The notes: generated by a model not told the origin, from the letters alone. Shown: positions 37,361 through 54,647, numbered from the whole stretch's first letter. The stretch is 63,956 nucleotides of DNA, filler included, from Callorhinchus milii (GCF_018977255.1; 2 parts of 2 records of this genome joined end to end with filler, not necessarily neighbours in it), one strand, 5' to 3'. Program-made: numbers and translations.

Positions 37361-40082
37361 AATCAGGAATTGAAACACCTCACAACCAATGCGCATCACA
37401 CCACATCAACAAGTAATCCGATAGGACGAAGCACCACCTTAACGTGACAAAGTTTGGAATCAACAAGACAGCACGCTCACATCATTTGCTGTGCAATAAT
37501 TACAACACATGCCACCTTCTAGCATAAGCATCAGCCATTACAGCAGGGAACTGTAGCCATGTGTATGTACATGGGTGTGTACTTCTCTGTGGGTACATTC
37601 GTGTGCATGTGCACTCGTGTGTGTATTTACACTCGTTCATGGACACGTGTGGGTCTGTACACGTGTGTATGTATGTACAATCGTGCGTGCTCGCATATTT
37701 GTGTGTGTTGAAACGCAATCCCTGAGCATACACACTGCTGTATACGTGCACATGTGTTTATGTATATTGCTGTGTGCAATTACACTGTGCATGTATCTAC
37801 ACCCCGATGCATTTACACTCATTTGTGCATCTATACATATGTGTTGTATGTATAGATGCACAAATGGGTGTACGTACTCGTGTATGCATGTGCACCCGTG
37901 TGTAAGTACAAAGCGGTGTGTATGCACATTCGTGCATTTTCCTACAGCACTGTGTATGTCCACTCGTGTGTGGGTGTGTGTACAAGGGAGTGTATATGTG
38001 GGGAGCGATAGTGTAGCGGTTAGCGCGCTGCGCTATGAACCCGGCGACACGGGTTCGATTCCCGCTCACGGCAAACACCAGTGACGATTATCTGAACCGG
38101 TCCCGGGCCTCCCCTAGGTCGACTCAGCCTCACATGAGTACCTGGTGCGGTGTGTAAACATTGCCACTGGGGAGACAAAGGCGGTCGGGCGTGGTGCTGG
38201 CCACCCACCCCCTCGTGTACCGTTGCGGCCTTCATAGGTGCTCGCTAACAGCACTTGCCCCTACAGTCTGTTAAGGCTATACGGGGGATATTTATCTTTG
38301 TGTGTACAAAGCGGGGTGGATGCACATTCGTGCATTTTTCTACACCGCTGTGTATGTCCACTCGTGTGTGGTTGTGTGTACAAGGGAGTGTATATGTGTA
38401 CCCATGTAAGTATGTGTAGTGGAACACACAACTTATTTTCATATTGTGTCGTACAATGAATTGAGGGGCAACGTGGTGATGAATGCGGCACCACAACAGG
38501 GAACTACAGGGATGAGACTCCCCGCTCGTGGTGCTCAATGAATGAAAACAGCGCCACTGAGCGGACAGAGCCCCGCCCCTACAGCTCGTGCGTGTGACGT
38601 CATGAGTGTGACGTCATGAGTGTGATCAGCGGACAGCCACGATGCTGCCAGGTGAGGGTGAACTTGTGTGATGGAGATGCTTCACCTGAAACTCGCCTCC
38701 ACACGTGTTCGCTATGAACATTGTAGCAATAAGGGACGATTAGTCATCTTTAACATGTCAGGTCTTTATTGTTCTGCAAGTAAATTAACCTTCTTGGTTC
38801 TTTCTGTAAAGTCACGAAGAAGGGAAATAATAAAATAATAAAAATAAAACATAATACAATTATTTTATTATGTTTTATTTTCTTCTTCATCTTCTTGGTT
38901 CTTTCGGTAAAGTCACGTAGAAGGGAAATAATAAAATAAAAAAATAATTTTATAAAGTTATTTTATTCGGTTGAAAATTATTTTTTTATTATTTAATAAA
39001 AATAAAACAATAAAAATAATTTTATAAAAAAATGTATTGTTTTATTTTTATTATTTTATTTCCCTTCTTCAATAAGGGACGATTAGTCATCTTTAACATG
39101 TCAGGTCTTTATTGTTCTGCAAGTAAATTACAGTTAAAACTCGTAGAAACACATGCACACTCGTGTGTGAATGCACATCGCTGTATAGACAGTCGTGTTT
39201 ATAAGCACACTTGTGTGTGTATGTCTACTCGTCCGTGTTTTTTAAAGGAAAAATATGGTTGAAATAACGTACGATCAGTCATCTTTAAAAACAATTCAGG
39301 TCTTTATTAATCTGCAAGAAAATTCACGTTAATACTCGTATCGAAATCTTTATTAATACGCTTGCTCAAACAGGAAGGAACTAGGCAAATTATATCCCAA
39401 TAGGAATTCAACAGTTAAAACATATTCTTAAAATCTAACACGTAAACGTCGATTTCCCCATTGACGTCTTTTTCGACTGAAGCCATTCGTCCAGAAGTCC
39501 AAGTCATCAAACACAAGAACAACGAACGTGCAATCCACACACACTCTGACACCTATTATTTTAAGTTATTTTATTTATTACACAATGATAAAAAAATTAA
39601 AGAACATGTTTAAAATATTGAGCAAAGTTGTGATCACAGTATTTCTCCAACTTTAGCTCAACAAAACCACTTAACCACGAGAGTAAAATTAGAAATTGAA
39701 CCACCACACAACCGCTGCGCTTCACAACACATCAACAAGTAGTCCGATAGGACTACAAAGCACCACCTTAACGTGACGAAGTCTAGAATAAACTTTAACA
39801 CGCAATTAGCTGTGAGAAGATGACATGGCACCTTCTACCATAAACACCACACATTTACCAGTCCCGATGATACAACCACCAGACGAAGCAACGCATCTAT
39901 AGAAGTATAACATTGTTGTCATCCTGAAATAAGTGAACACTTCTGGAACTTAAAAGGAATACGTTCATCTGAACACATTATAGAGCATTCACAACATCAC
40001 TCTAGCTCGGAGTACTGGAAATCACTGAAAAAATATATATAAGAGACACGAATATACACAGGGCAACAGTTAACAGATGTAC

Positions 40083-40921
<839 letters not shown>

Positions 40922-43900
40922 GTGACTGATTCTTCAGAGCAGAGTAACAGTCGCGGGTGTTGTTGAGAGTTAAAAGCACCCTCTAAGCTGCGTGAATGTC
41001 TAAATAAAATCCACACAAGCAAACTCTCACTGAAGTCTTACCAGTTTATCCACTAACGAAGACACTTACTTGTTGATGCACGGCGTGTCGATGTCCCTGT
41101 AACCAGTCTGAAGAGATCGCCACGAACTCTCCCAGTCGCCAGGCAATCGTGCTCGCCAGGCTGGGTCTCGCAGGAGAAGGGTAATCTGCAGAGCGAGGAG
41201 TTGCGCGTCTATCCTCAGCGAAATCCCTCTCGAAATGGTCTTGAGGTCTGATTTTAAGCCCCTTATAACTCCCCTCTAGCATTCAAATCCTTTGTTCTCG
41301 TCTTGGATTATCATAGACTTTGCATTCAATTGTTAATTTTTACATTAACAATCCGCATATGTAGCAACATAGCTTAGCTAATCCGGCCATTGTAATTTAA
41401 CCTTACTACATATGCATATCTCACTGCATAATTGTACGCTTCCGTTTAAATAAAGATCTACATATCCATGCATAATTCCGTGCTTCGTGTTAATTTGCCA
41501 ATATTCACCCGACAATGTCCTTTAAACTGATGCAAGTTTAGAAGATTTAACATCGACATAGAGTCTGAAGTATCTAAATGCTGATGTCCAGTTCGATATG
41601 GACTAAGAGGTGCAAATGTAAACTGTACTGACTTTGTTTTATAAAAAAATATTTAAGTATTTGTGTTGATATGAGCGCGTCAGCAAATCAAGGTGATTTG
41701 TTTAATTTATTTCACGACAATTATTACGATTGCTGTCATACACTTTTATTGATAATCGAAATGGTATCGCTTGTAAGCGTGTGTGAGCAATGTCTTTCTC
41801 CAACTTTAGCTCAACAAGACCACTTAACAACGAGAGTAAAATCAGGAATTGAAACACCTCACAACCAATGCGCATCACACCACATCAACAAGTAATCCGA
41901 TAGGACGAAGCACCACCTTAACGTGACAAAGTTTGGAATCAACAAGACAGCACGCTCACATCATTTGCTGTGCAATAATTACAACACATGCCACCTTCTA
42001 GCATAAGCATCAGCCATTACAGCAGGGAACTGTAGCCATGTGTATGTACATGGGTGTGTACTTCTCTGTGGGTACATTCGTGTGCATGTGCACTCGTGTG
42101 TGTATTTACACTCGTTCATGGACACGTGTGGGTCTGTACACGTGTGTATGTATGTACAATCGTGCGTGCTCGCATATTTGTGTGTGTTGAAACGCAATCC
42201 CTGAGCATACACACTGCTGTATACGTGCACATGTGTTTATGTATATTGCTGTGTGCAATTACACTGTGCATGTATCTACACCCCGATGCATTTACACTCA
42301 TTTGTGCATCTATACATATGTGTTGTATGTATAGATGCACAAATGGGTGTACGTACTCGTGTATGCATGTGCACCCGTGTGTAAGTACAAAGCGGTGTGT
42401 ATGCACATTCGTGCATTTTCCTACAGCACTGTGTATGTCCACTCGTGTGTGGGTGTGTGTACAAGGGAGTGTATATGTGGGGAGCGATAGTGTAGCGGTT
42501 AGCGCGCTGCGCTATGAACCCGGCGACACGGGTTCGATTCCCGCTCACGGCAAACACCAGTGACGATTATCTGAACCGGTCCCGGGCCTCCCCTAGGTCG
42601 ACTCAGCCTCACATGAGTACCTGGTGCGGTGTGTAAACATTGCCACTGGGGAGACAAAGGCGGTCGGGCGTGGTGCTGGCCACCCACCCCCTCGTGTACC
42701 GTTGCGGCCTTCATAGGTGCTCGCTAACAGCACTTGCCCCTACAGTCTGTTAAGGCTATACGGGGGATATTTATCTTTGTGTGTACAAAGCGGGGTGGAT
42801 GCACATTCGTGCATTTTTCTACACCGCTGTGTATGTCCACTCGTGTGTGGTTGTGTGTACAAGGGAGTGTATATGTGTACCCATGTAAGTATGTGTAGTG
42901 GAACACACAACTTATTTTCATATTGTGTCGTACAATGAATTGAGGGGCAACGTGGTGATGAATGCGGCACCACAACAGGGAACTACAGGGATGAGACTCC
43001 CCGCTCGTGGTGCTCAATGAATGAAAACAGCGCCACTGAGCGGACAGAGCCCCGCCCCTACAGCTCGTGCGTGTGACGTCATGAGTGTGACGTCATGAGT
43101 GTGATCAGCGGACAGCCACGATGCTGCCAGGTGAGGGTGAACTTGTGTGATGGAGATGCTTCACCTGAAACTCGCCTCCACACGTGTTCGCTATGAACAT
43201 TGTAGCAATAAGGGACGATTAGTCATCTTTAACATGTCAGGTCTTTATTGTTCTGCAAGTAAATTAACCTTCTTGGTTCTTTCTGTAAAGTCACGAAGAA
43301 GGGAAATAATAAAATAATAAAAATAAAACATAATACAATTATTTTATTATGTTTTATTTTCTTCTTCATCTTCTTGGTTCTTTCGGTAAAGTCACGTAGA
43401 AGGGAAATAATAAAATAAAATAAATAATTTTATAAAGTTATTTTATTCGGTTGAAAATTATTTTTTTATTATTTAATAAAAATAAAACAATAAAAATAAT
43501 TTTATAAAAAAATGTATTGTTTTATTTTTATTATTTTATTTCCCTTCTTCAATAAGGGACGATTAGTCATCTTTAACATGTCAGGTCTTTATTGTTCTGC
43601 AAGTAAATTACAGTTAAAACTCGTAGAAACACATGCACACTCGTGTGTGAATGCACATCGCTGTATAGACAGTCGTGTTTATAAGCACACTTGTGTGTGT
43701 ATGTCTACTCGTCCGTGTTTTTTAAAGGAAAAATATGGTTGAAATAACGTACGATCAGTCATCTTTAAAAACAATTCAGGTCTTTATTAATCTGCAAGAA
43801 AATTCACGTTAATACTCGTATCGAAATCTTTATTAATACGCTTGCTCAAACAGGAAGGAACTAGGCAAATTATATCCCAATAGGAATTCAACAGTTAAAA

Positions 43901-44562
43901 CATATTCTTAAAATCTAACACGTAAACGTCGATTTCCCCATTGACGTCTTTTTCGACTGAAGCCATTCGTCCAGAAGTCCAAGTCATCAAACACAAGAAC
44001 AACGAACGTGCAATCCACACACACTCTGACACCTATTATTTTAAGTTATTTTATTTATTACACAATGATAAAAAAATTAAAGAACATGTTTAAAATATTG
44101 AGCAAAGTTGTGATCACAGTATTTCTCCAACTTTAGCTCAACAAAACCACTTAACCACGAGAGTAAAATTAGAAATTGAACCACCACACAACCGCTGCGC
44201 TTCACAACACATCAACAAGTAGTCCGATAGGACTACAAAGCACCACCTTAACGTGACGAAGTCTAGAATAAACTTTAACACGCAATTAGCTGTGAGAAGA
44301 TGACATGGCACCTTCTACCATAAACACCACACATTTACCAGTCCCGATGATACAACCACCAGACGAAGCAACGCATCTATAGAAGTATAACATTGTTGTC
44401 ATCCTGAAATAAGTGAACACTTCTGGAACTTAAAAGGAATACGTTCATCTGAACACATTATAGAGCATTCACAACATCACTCTAGCTCGGAGTACTGGAA
44501 ATCACTGAAAAAATATATATAAGAGACACGAATATACACAGGGCAACAGTTAACAGATGTAC

Positions 44563-45402
44563 TCAATACGTTTGAGTTTTCAGAAACTCCACTACATCCA
44601 GCCATCTTTCCGGATCCAACTTCATGGGGTCGAAAGTTGAATTGTCGTCAGGACTCATTACATCCACTACATTCAGCAATCTCTCAGGATCGACCTGCAT
44701 AGGTTCGAAAGATGCATTTTTTCCAGGACTCATTGCAGCACTTTGAATTTCACTATTTGATTTCACTTCCCTATCATTGCGGATCTTCTGATGCTTGTTT
44801 CGGGGTGATGACTGTGAACATGTCCTCTCCCTCGTAGAGCAATTTAATGGCTTTTCACCCGAGGGTGTTTTCTGGTGCCTGTGAAGAGCTGACTTCCATA
44901 CAAATGCCTTCCCGCACACAGCACACTTGAATGGCTTCTCACCCGAGTGTGTTTTCTGGTGATCGTTAAGAATTGATTTCCGTGAAAATGCCTTCCCGCA
45001 CACAGCGCAATTGAATGGCTTTTCGCCCGAGTGTGTCTTCTGGTGACTGCATAGAATTGTTTTCCGTGAAAATGCATTCCCACACACAGAGCACTTGAAT
45101 GGCTTCTCGCCCGAGTGTGTCTTCTGGTGACTGTTAAGATTTGATTTATCCGCAAATGCCTTCCCACACACAGAGCAATTGAATGGCTTCTCGCCCGAGT
45201 GTGTTTTCTGGTGAGTGTTAAGATTTGATTTCAGTGAAAATGCTTTCCCACACACAGAGCAATTGAATGGCTTCTCACCCGTGTGTGTTTTCTGGTGACT
45301 GTGAAGATGTGCTGACTGTGCAAATGCCTTCCCACAAACAGAGCACTTGAACGGCTTCTCGCCCGTGTGTGCGTGGCGCTGTGGAGAGTTTATCTGCTCC
45401 AT
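44563..45402 (-). CDS. KRAB-less C2H2 zinc-finger protein, 279 aa (5 intact + 2 degenerate fingers)
   Basis: CxxC..HxxxH repeats with (T/S)GEKPF linkers; duplicated C-terminal motif MSP..N..F.PM..DPER.L.VV. Confidence 0.9.
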   Translation of the reverse strand: MEQINSPQRHAHTGEKPFKCSVCGKAFAQSAHLHSHQKTHTGEKPFNCSVCGKAFSLKSNLNTHQKTHSGEKPFNCSVCGKAFADKSNLNSHQKTHSGEKPFKCSVCGNAFSRKTILCSHQKTHSGEKPFNCAVCGKAFSRKSILNDHQKTHSGEKPFKCAVCGKAFVWKSALHRHQKTPSGEKPLNCSTRERTCSQSSPRNKHQKIRNDREVKSNSEIQSAAMSPGKNASFEPMQVDPERLLNVVDVMSPDDNSTFDPMKLDPERWLDVVEFLKTQTY

Positions 45403-48400
45403 GTGACTGATTCTTCAGAGCAGAGTAACAGTCGCGGGTGTTGTTGAGAGTTAAAAGCACCCTCTAAGCTGCGTGAATGTCTAAATAAAATCCACACAAG
45501 CAAACTCTCACTGAAGTCTTACCAGTTTATCCACTAACGAAGACACTTACTTGTTGATGCACGGCGTGTCGATGTCCCTGTAACCAGTCTGAAGAGATCG
45601 CCACGAACTCTCCCAGTCGCCAGGCAATCGTGCTCGCCAGGCTGGGTCTCGCAGGAGAAGGGTAATCTGCAGAGCGAGGAGTTGCGCGTCTATCCTCAGC
45701 GAAATCCCTCTCGAAATGGTCTTGAGGTCTGATTTTAAGCCCCTTATAACTCCCCTCTAGCATTCAAATCCTTTGTTCTCGTCTTGGATTATCATAGACT
45801 TTGCATTCAATTGTTAATTTTTACATTAACAATCCGCATATGTAGCAACATAGCTTAGCTAATCCGGCCATTGTAATTTAACCTTACTACATATGCATAT
45901 CTCACTGCATAATTGTACGCTTCCGTTTAAATAAAGATCTACATATCCATGCATAATTCCGTGCTTCGTGTTAATTTGCCAATATTCACCCGACAATGTC
46001 CTTTAAACTGATGCAAGTTTAGAAGATTTAACATCGACATAGAGTCTGAAGTATCTAAATGCTGATGTCCAGTTCGATATGGACTAAGAGGTGCAAATGT
46101 AAACTGTACTGACTTTGTTTTATAAAAAAAATATTTAAGTATTTGTGTTGATATGAGCGCGTCAGCAAATCAAGGTGATTTGTTTAATTTATTTCACGAC
46201 AATTATTACGATTGCTGTCATACACTTTTATTGATAATCGAAATGGTATCGCTTGTAAGCGTGTGTGAGCAATGTCTTTCTCCAACTTTAGCTCAACAAG
46301 ACCACTTAACAACGAGAGTAAAATCAGGAATTGAAACACCTCACAACCAATGCGCATCACACCACATCAACAAGTAATCCGATAGGACGAAGCACCACCT
46401 TAACGTGACAAAGTTTGGAATCAACAAGACAGCACGCTCACATCATTTGCTGTGCAATAATTACAACACATGCCACCTTCTAGCATAAGCATCAGCCATT
46501 ACAGCAGGGAACTGTAGCCATGTGTATGTACATGGGTGTGTACTTCTCTGTGGGTACATTCGTGTGCATGTGCACTCGTGTGTGTATTTACACTCGTTCA
46601 TGGACACGTGTGGGTCTGTACACGTGTGTATGTATGTACAATCGTGCGTGCTCGCATATTTGTGTGTGTTGAAACGCAATCCCTGAGCATACACACTGCT
46701 GTATACGTGCACATGTGTTTATGTATATTGCTGTGTGCAATTACACTGTGCATGTATCTACACCCCGATGCATTTACACTCATTTGTGCATCTATACATA
46801 TGTGTTGTATGTATAGATGCACAAATGGGTGTACGTACTCGTGTATGCATGTGCACCCGTGTGTAAGTACAAAGCGGTGTGTATGCACATTCGTGCATTT
46901 TCCTACAGCACTGTGTATGTCCACTCGTGTGTGGGTGTGTGTACAAGGGAGTGTATATGTGGGGAGCGATAGTGTAGCGGTTAGCGCGCTGCGCTATGAA
47001 CCCGGCGACACGGGTTCGATTCCCGCTCACGGCAAACACCAGTGACGATTATCTGAACCGGTCCCGGGCCTCCCCTAGGTCGACTCAGCCTCACATGAGT
47101 ACCTGGTGCGGTGTGTAAACATTGCCACTGGGGAGACAAAGGCGGTCGGGCGTGGTGCTGGCCACCCACCCCCTCGTGTACCGTTGCGGCCTTCATAGGT
47201 GCTCGCTAACAGCACTTGCCCCTACAGTCTGTTAAGGCTATACGGGGGATATTTATCTTTGTGTGTACAAAGCGGGGTGGATGCACATTCGTGCATTTTT
47301 CTACACCGCTGTGTATGTCCACTCGTGTGTGGTTGTGTGTACAAGGGAGTGTATATGTGTACCCATGTAAGTATGTGTAGTGGAACACACAACTTATTTT
47401 CATATTGTGTCGTACAATGAATTGAGGGGCAACGTGGTGATGAATGCGGCACCACAACAGGGAACTACAGGGATGAGACTCCCCGCTCGTGGTGCTCAAT
47501 GAATGAAAACAGCGCCACTGAGCGGACAGAGCCCCGCCCCTACAGCTCGTGCGTGTGACGTCATGAGTGTGACGTCATGAGTGTGATCAGCGGACAGCCA
47601 CGATGCTGCCAGGTGAGGGTGAACTTGTGTGATGGAGATGCTTCACCTGAAACTCGCCTCCACACGTGTTCGCTATGAACATTGTAGCAATAAGGGACGA
47701 TTAGTCATCTTTAACATGTCAGGTCTTTATTGTTCTGCAAGTAAATTAACCTTCTTGGTTCTTTCTGTAAAGTCACGAAGAAGGGAAATAATAAAATAAT
47801 AAAAATAAAACATAATACAATTATTTTATTATGTTTTATTTTCTTCTTCATCTTCTTGGTTCTTTCGGTAAAGTCACGTAGAAGGGAAATAATAAAATAA
47901 ATAAAAAATTTTATAAAGTTATTTTATTCGGTTGAAAATTATTCTTTTTATTATTTAATAAAAATAAAACAATAAAAATAATTTTATAAAAAAATGTATT
48001 GTTTTATTTTTATTATTTTATTTCCCTTCTTCAATAAGGGACGATTAGTCATCTTTAACATGTCAGGTCTTTATTGTTCTGCAAGTAAATTACAGTTAAA
48101 ACTCGTAGAAACACATGCACACTCGTGTGTGAATGCACATCGCTGTATAGACAGTCGTGTTTATAAGCACACTTGTGTGTGTATGTCTACTCGTCCGTGT
48201 TTTTAAAGGAAAAATATGGTTGAAATAACGTACGATCAGTCATCTTTAAAAACAATTCAGGTCTTTATTAATCTGCAAGAAAATTCACGTTAATACTCGT
48301 ATCGAAATCTTTATTAATACGCTTGCTCAAACAGGAAGGAACTAGGCAAATTATATCCCAATAGGAATTCAACAGTTAAAACATATTCTTAAAATCTAAC

Positions 48401-48727
48401 ACGTAAACGTCGATTTCCCCATTGACGTCTTTTTCGACTGAAGCCATTCGTCCAGAAGTCCAAGTCATCAAACACAAGAACAACGAACGTGCAATCCACA
48501 CACACTCTGACACCTATTATTTTAAGTTATTTTATTTATTACACAATGATAAAAAAATTAAAGAACATGTTTAAAATATTGAGCAAAGTTGTGATCACAG
48601 TATTTTTAAAGGAAAAATATGGTTGAAATAACGTACGAGAAGTGAACGCATCTCAAATGCACGTCCAGTACAAGGATATACGCTGTGAGTTGTCTTACTA
48701 GCAACACAGAGCTCACGACCACACACG

Positions 48728-49133
48728 TCGATTTAAAGCTTTCGTGACTGCAGGGATTCATCTTCTTGGTTCTTTCGGTAAAGTCACCTAGAATGGAAAT
48801 ACATAATAAAATAATTTATTATGTTTTATAATAAAAATAAAACATAATAAAATTATTATTTTATTATACATACTAAAGTAATTATTTTATTAAGGTTTAT
48901 TTTTATTATTTTATTCTTTTTCTTTATTATACATAATAAAATAAGTATTTAAAAGATTGTATTTTTATTATTTGTATTCTATTATACATAACAAAATAAT
49001 TAGTTTATCAGGTATCACATTTATTATTTTATTATTTTCATTTTATTATACATAAAATAAATAATTAAATGTTTAAAAAATTTTATTTCATTATTTCCAT
49101 TCTACGCGACTTCACCGAAAGAACCAAGAAGAT
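48728..49133 (-). mobile_element. Penelope-like non-autonomous remnant: inverted pLTR ends around an AT-rich core, 3' tail on the left arm
   Basis: TCGATTTAAAGCTTTCGTGACTGCAGGGATTCATCTTCTTGGTTCTTTCGGTAAAGTCAC ... GACTTCACCGAAAGAACCAAGAAGATGA. Confidence 0.7.
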
Positions 49134-49447
49134 GACACACACAACTTGCACGCTACCAACGACACTAGGACCCTCTCGATGCTACGGAGACATCAGCGCA
49201 CCTGGTCGCGTGAGCACGCCACTAAGTATTCTGATGTTTCTGTTGTTAAGGTAGCCAGATCGATTCCCGCATCCCCCACGGGGAATATTTTTTTTAATCA
49301 AATTTTAAATGTAATGCCCCAGCGTTAATGGTCGTGACATGTTCACATTGGTGAACCAGCTTGACCTCGATTTTGCTGTTTTGAAGCCCCTGTTCAGGCG
49401 TTAGAGATGTGACGAGAAATAAAACATATCTATAAAATAAATGTATA

Positions 49448-49521
49448 TCGCGCCTGGCAGGAGTCGAACCCACAACTTCCAGTCTGCAGGCAGCCGCTTT
49501 ATCCATTATACCACAGACCCC
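49448..49521 (-). pseudogene. tRNA-like / SINE-head remnant
   Basis: Reverse complement GGGGTCTGTGGTATAATGGATAAAGCGG...GTGGGTTCGACTCCTGCCAGG has A and B boxes. Confidence 0.5.
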
Positions 49522-49642
49522 AATAATAAAATACATACAACTTAGTGAAATAATTATTTTTATTTTATTTTTATTACGTAGAATGGAAATAATAAAATAA
49601 TCAAAACAAAATAACTTATTTATTATACATACTAAAATAATA

Positions 49643-50918
49643 GACCCAGAGACTCACACAGAGACCCACAGACTCACACAGAGACTCACAGGCTCATCAC
49701 ACAGAGACCCACAGGCTCACACAGAGACCCATAGACTCACACAGAGACTCACAGACTCACACAGAGACTCACAGACTCACACAGAGACCCACAGACTCAC
49801 ACAGAGACCCACAGACTCACACAGAGACCCATAGACTCACACAGAGACCCACAGACTCACACAGAGACTCGCAGGCTCACACAGAGACCCACAGACTCAC
49901 ACAGAGACTCACAGGCTCACACAGAGACCCAGAGACTCACACAGAGACCCACAGACTCACACAGAGACCCACAGACTCACACAGAGACCCACAGACTCAC
50001 ACAGAGACCCACAGGCTCACACAGAGACCCAGAGACTCACACAGAGACTCACAGACTCACACAGAGGCCCACAGGCTCACACAAAGACTCACAAGCTCAC
50101 ACAGAGACCCAGAGACCCACAGACTCACACAGAGACCCACAGACTCACACAGAGACCACAGACTCACACAGAGACCCACAGACTCACACAGAGACGCCAC
50201 AGACTCACACAGAGACCAGAGACTCACACAGAGACCCAGAGACTCACGCAGAGACCCATAGACTCACACAGAGACCCACAGACTCACACAGAGACCACAG
50301 ACTCACACAGAGACCCACAGACTCACACAGAGACCCACAGACTCACACAGAGACCCACAGACTCACACAGAGACCACAGACTCACACAGAGACCCAGAGA
50401 CTCACACAGAGACCCACAGACTCACACAGAGACCCACAGACTCACACAGAGACCCACAGACTCACACAGAGACCCACAGGCTCACACAGAGACCCAGAGA
50501 CTCACACAGAGACTCACAGACTCACACAAAGGCCCACAGACTCACACAGAGACTCACAGGCTCACACAGAGACCAGAGACCCACAGACTCACACAGAGAC
50601 CCACAGACTCACACAGAGACCCACAGACTCACACAGAGACCCACAGACTCACACAGAGACGCACAGACTCACACAGAGAACCAGAGACTCACACAGAGAC
50701 CCAGAGACTCACGCAGAGACCCATAGACTCACACAGAGACCCACAGACTCACACAGTGACCCACAGACTCACACAGAGACCCACAGACTCACACAGAGAC
50801 CCACAGACTCACACAGAGACCCACAGACTCACACAGAGACGCACATACTCACACAAAGAACCAGAGACTCACACAGAGACCAGAGACTCACGCAGAGACT
50901 CACAGACTCACACACAGA
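49643..50918. repeat. 20-bp minisatellite (GAGACCCACAGACTCACACA)n
   Basis: Direct inspection; built from two 10-bp subunits. Confidence 0.97.
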
Positions 50919-52237
50919 GTTGAAACAATGCCACAGTTGAAACAACACAAACTATAATCATCACAGCCTTCTGGGAGTGCATCATTGATTCAGTGCAAGC
51001 CACCTGGGACCATTATTGGTGCCAGCGTCTCAACAGCAGCCGGACTTGCTTCAACTGATCGCTATTAATCTCCAGACGTGAATCAGCAAGGGGCATTTCT
51101 CGCCCATTTGACAAAATGTGTCAACACGTAATACAAAATTATAATTCGTGTTGTAGAGAATGTATCTCCTCTACGTGTAACTTTTAAGCGTTACGCCTTG
51201 TAACTGACGGATGATCCGAGCATGCTCCCTATTGCATGCTCCCTACTCCAGAGGCAGATACTTCCTTGAAACACAAAAGTACCCTTGGACCTGTATCACA
51301 AGAATAACGGGTCTAGCCTGAGTGATCTCTACAGGCTACTTACAAACACATACACACTCTGCCCTGACATCGCTGACTCGATGTTTGACCCTCAGACAAA
51401 ATGTTCCATGTCCGTGCACAGTCAGACAAGTATTCATTCTAAACTACTGACAGGCAAATCGACAACATTGAATTACTTCGGTGAAACTTACTGCGTCGGT
51501 AAAGTCACGGAGAAAGACATTAAATAACAGAACATGACGCTTCGATTGGAACACAAGCAACCATCATCAGGTGCAACAAGTGAATGAGAAAACATAGTGA
51601 ACTTAGAAATATAATGCAACACAACACAGAGTCAGCCAACACAAGTCAACACCCTACCTGGTTGATTACGTTCTTACAAAATTGAACAATCTAGTTTAGA
51701 TAACGTCTTATTAACAAGGAGCTATTTAAAGAATGCACCCTCTACTGAACAGTGGATGTGAAACGTAAAATTGCGTCATTCAAAACGAGTAGGCAATTGC
51801 ATGCTGGCGTCTGGGTGAAAATTGAGCAAATTCTAAACATTACCCACAAACTACGCAGCTAAATTGACACATCAACCATCGCCCCCTTGAGACAGGCTCT
51901 TGACAACATGCAGGCCGGTGCAGGGCCACCACCTTGTGCCACACAGGGGCAGCTGCTACTTGGGGTGCTCTTAGAGTGTTTGAGACGAGATACGATACAA
52001 AACTCAGCAAGCACCATGTAAAATCAATTATTATGATAACATAGTGAATGCTTGGGGGCTTATTGGCTCTAGCGCCTGGTCAGAGATCTACCAACACACA
52101 GGTCCACAAAGACTGGCCACTCGCTCTTACTCTGCAGGTTGCACCTAGGAACTGAGTGTTCAACTTCACATTCTTGTCATTAAAGGCCTGTGACAAGGGT
52201 GCATCTATTGGAGCGGCATCGTCACTGGTTTAAACAT

Positions 52238-53263
<1,026 letters not shown>

Positions 53264-53679
53264 TCAGTATCAAGACACAGAGGAATGCAAAAACACAGTC
53301 ACACGTGACTTACACGTCTATACTTATTCATATATTCATGATGTAGTGAAACAGTTTCCCACATTCATCACACGGGCTGTTATGGCACACAAGGAGAGGG
53401 CAAATAGTCATAACAATGAATGTGAACCCAAAATTCCGAGCGCACAATTTCGGCTGTCTGGCTACAAAAGGAATATTTCTGAGAGCAAAATTCAGCTGAC
53501 ATCGCAAAGGGTGTTGAAACCAACACTGTTTGTGTTATGCAGAAATGCGTTAATTAATGTTCAATCGTAACTCAGAGGTGTGAACCCAGGCTGAGATGTC
53601 CTTGAATGCTGGGGATGAACAGATCCGACTTCTGCTGCTGCACGTGCGTGCTGTGTTAACTTCCTGTTTCCATTTCGAC

Positions 53680-54155
53680 CCATAGTGATACATCAAGATG
53701 ATAAAAGACCCATGGAGATTAATAGAAACCCATAGAGACCCACAGAGACACATAGAGACCCATAGAGATCCATAGAGATACATCGATATGATAAAAGACC
53801 CATGGAGATTAATAGACCCACAGAGACCCACAGAGACCCATAGATGCATCGAGATGAGTAAAGACCCATGGAGATGAATAGAGACCCATAGAGACCCACA
53901 GAGACCCACAGAGACCCATAGAGACCCATAGAGATACATCGAGATGAATAGAGACCTATGGAGATTAATAGAAACCCATAGAGACCCACAGAGACAGACA
54001 GAGACCCATAGAGATACATCGAGATGAATAGAGACCTATGGAGATTAATAGAAACCCATAGAGACCCACAGAGTCACACAGAGACCCACAGAGACACATA
54101 GAAACCCACAGATACACATAAAGACCCACAGAGACACATGGTTGAGACCCATAGA
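53680..54155. repeat. 10-bp-based minisatellite (GAGACCCATA/GAGACCCACA)
   Basis: Direct inspection; related to the 49.6-50.9 kb repeat. Confidence 0.9.
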
Positions 54156-54174
54156 CTAATCTGAAATGTAACTT

Positions 54175-54647
54175 TCGATTTAAAGCTTTCGTGACTGCAG
54201 GGATTCATCTTCTTGGTTCTTTCGGTAAAGTCACGTAGAAGGGAAATAATAAAAATAAAACTAATACAATATTTTATATTATTATGTTTTATTTGTATTA
54301 TTTTGTTATTTCCCTTCTACGTGACTTTACCCAAAGAACCAAGAAGATGAATCCCTGCAGTCACGAAAGCTTTACATCGAAATTTAATATTATATGATCA
54401 TATTATTTTATTTTATTATTTTATTATATTATATTAATTTATTATGTTTTATTTGTATTACTTTATTATTTCCCTTCTACGTGACTTTACCGAAGGAACC
54501 AAGATGAATCCCTGCAGTCACGAAAGCTTTACATCGAAATATAATAAAATTATATGGCCATATTATTTTATTATATTATTTAATGTTTTATTTTTATTAT
54601 TTTATTATTTCCCTTCTACGTGACTTTACCGAAATAACCAAGAAGAT
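54175..54647. mobile_element. cluster of inverted and tandem Penelope-like pLTR 3' ends
   Basis: One minus-strand and three plus-strand copies of CCCTTCTACGTGACTTTACCGAAAGAACCAAGAAGAT(GAATCCCTGCAGTCACGAAAGC). Confidence 0.75.

Noticed and set aside
41000..41041. Possible 42-nt GT-AG intron upstream of the tandem ZNF (minus strand)
   Set aside because: Unusually short for a vertebrate intron; the donor and acceptor may belong to different introns; cannot be supported without transcripts
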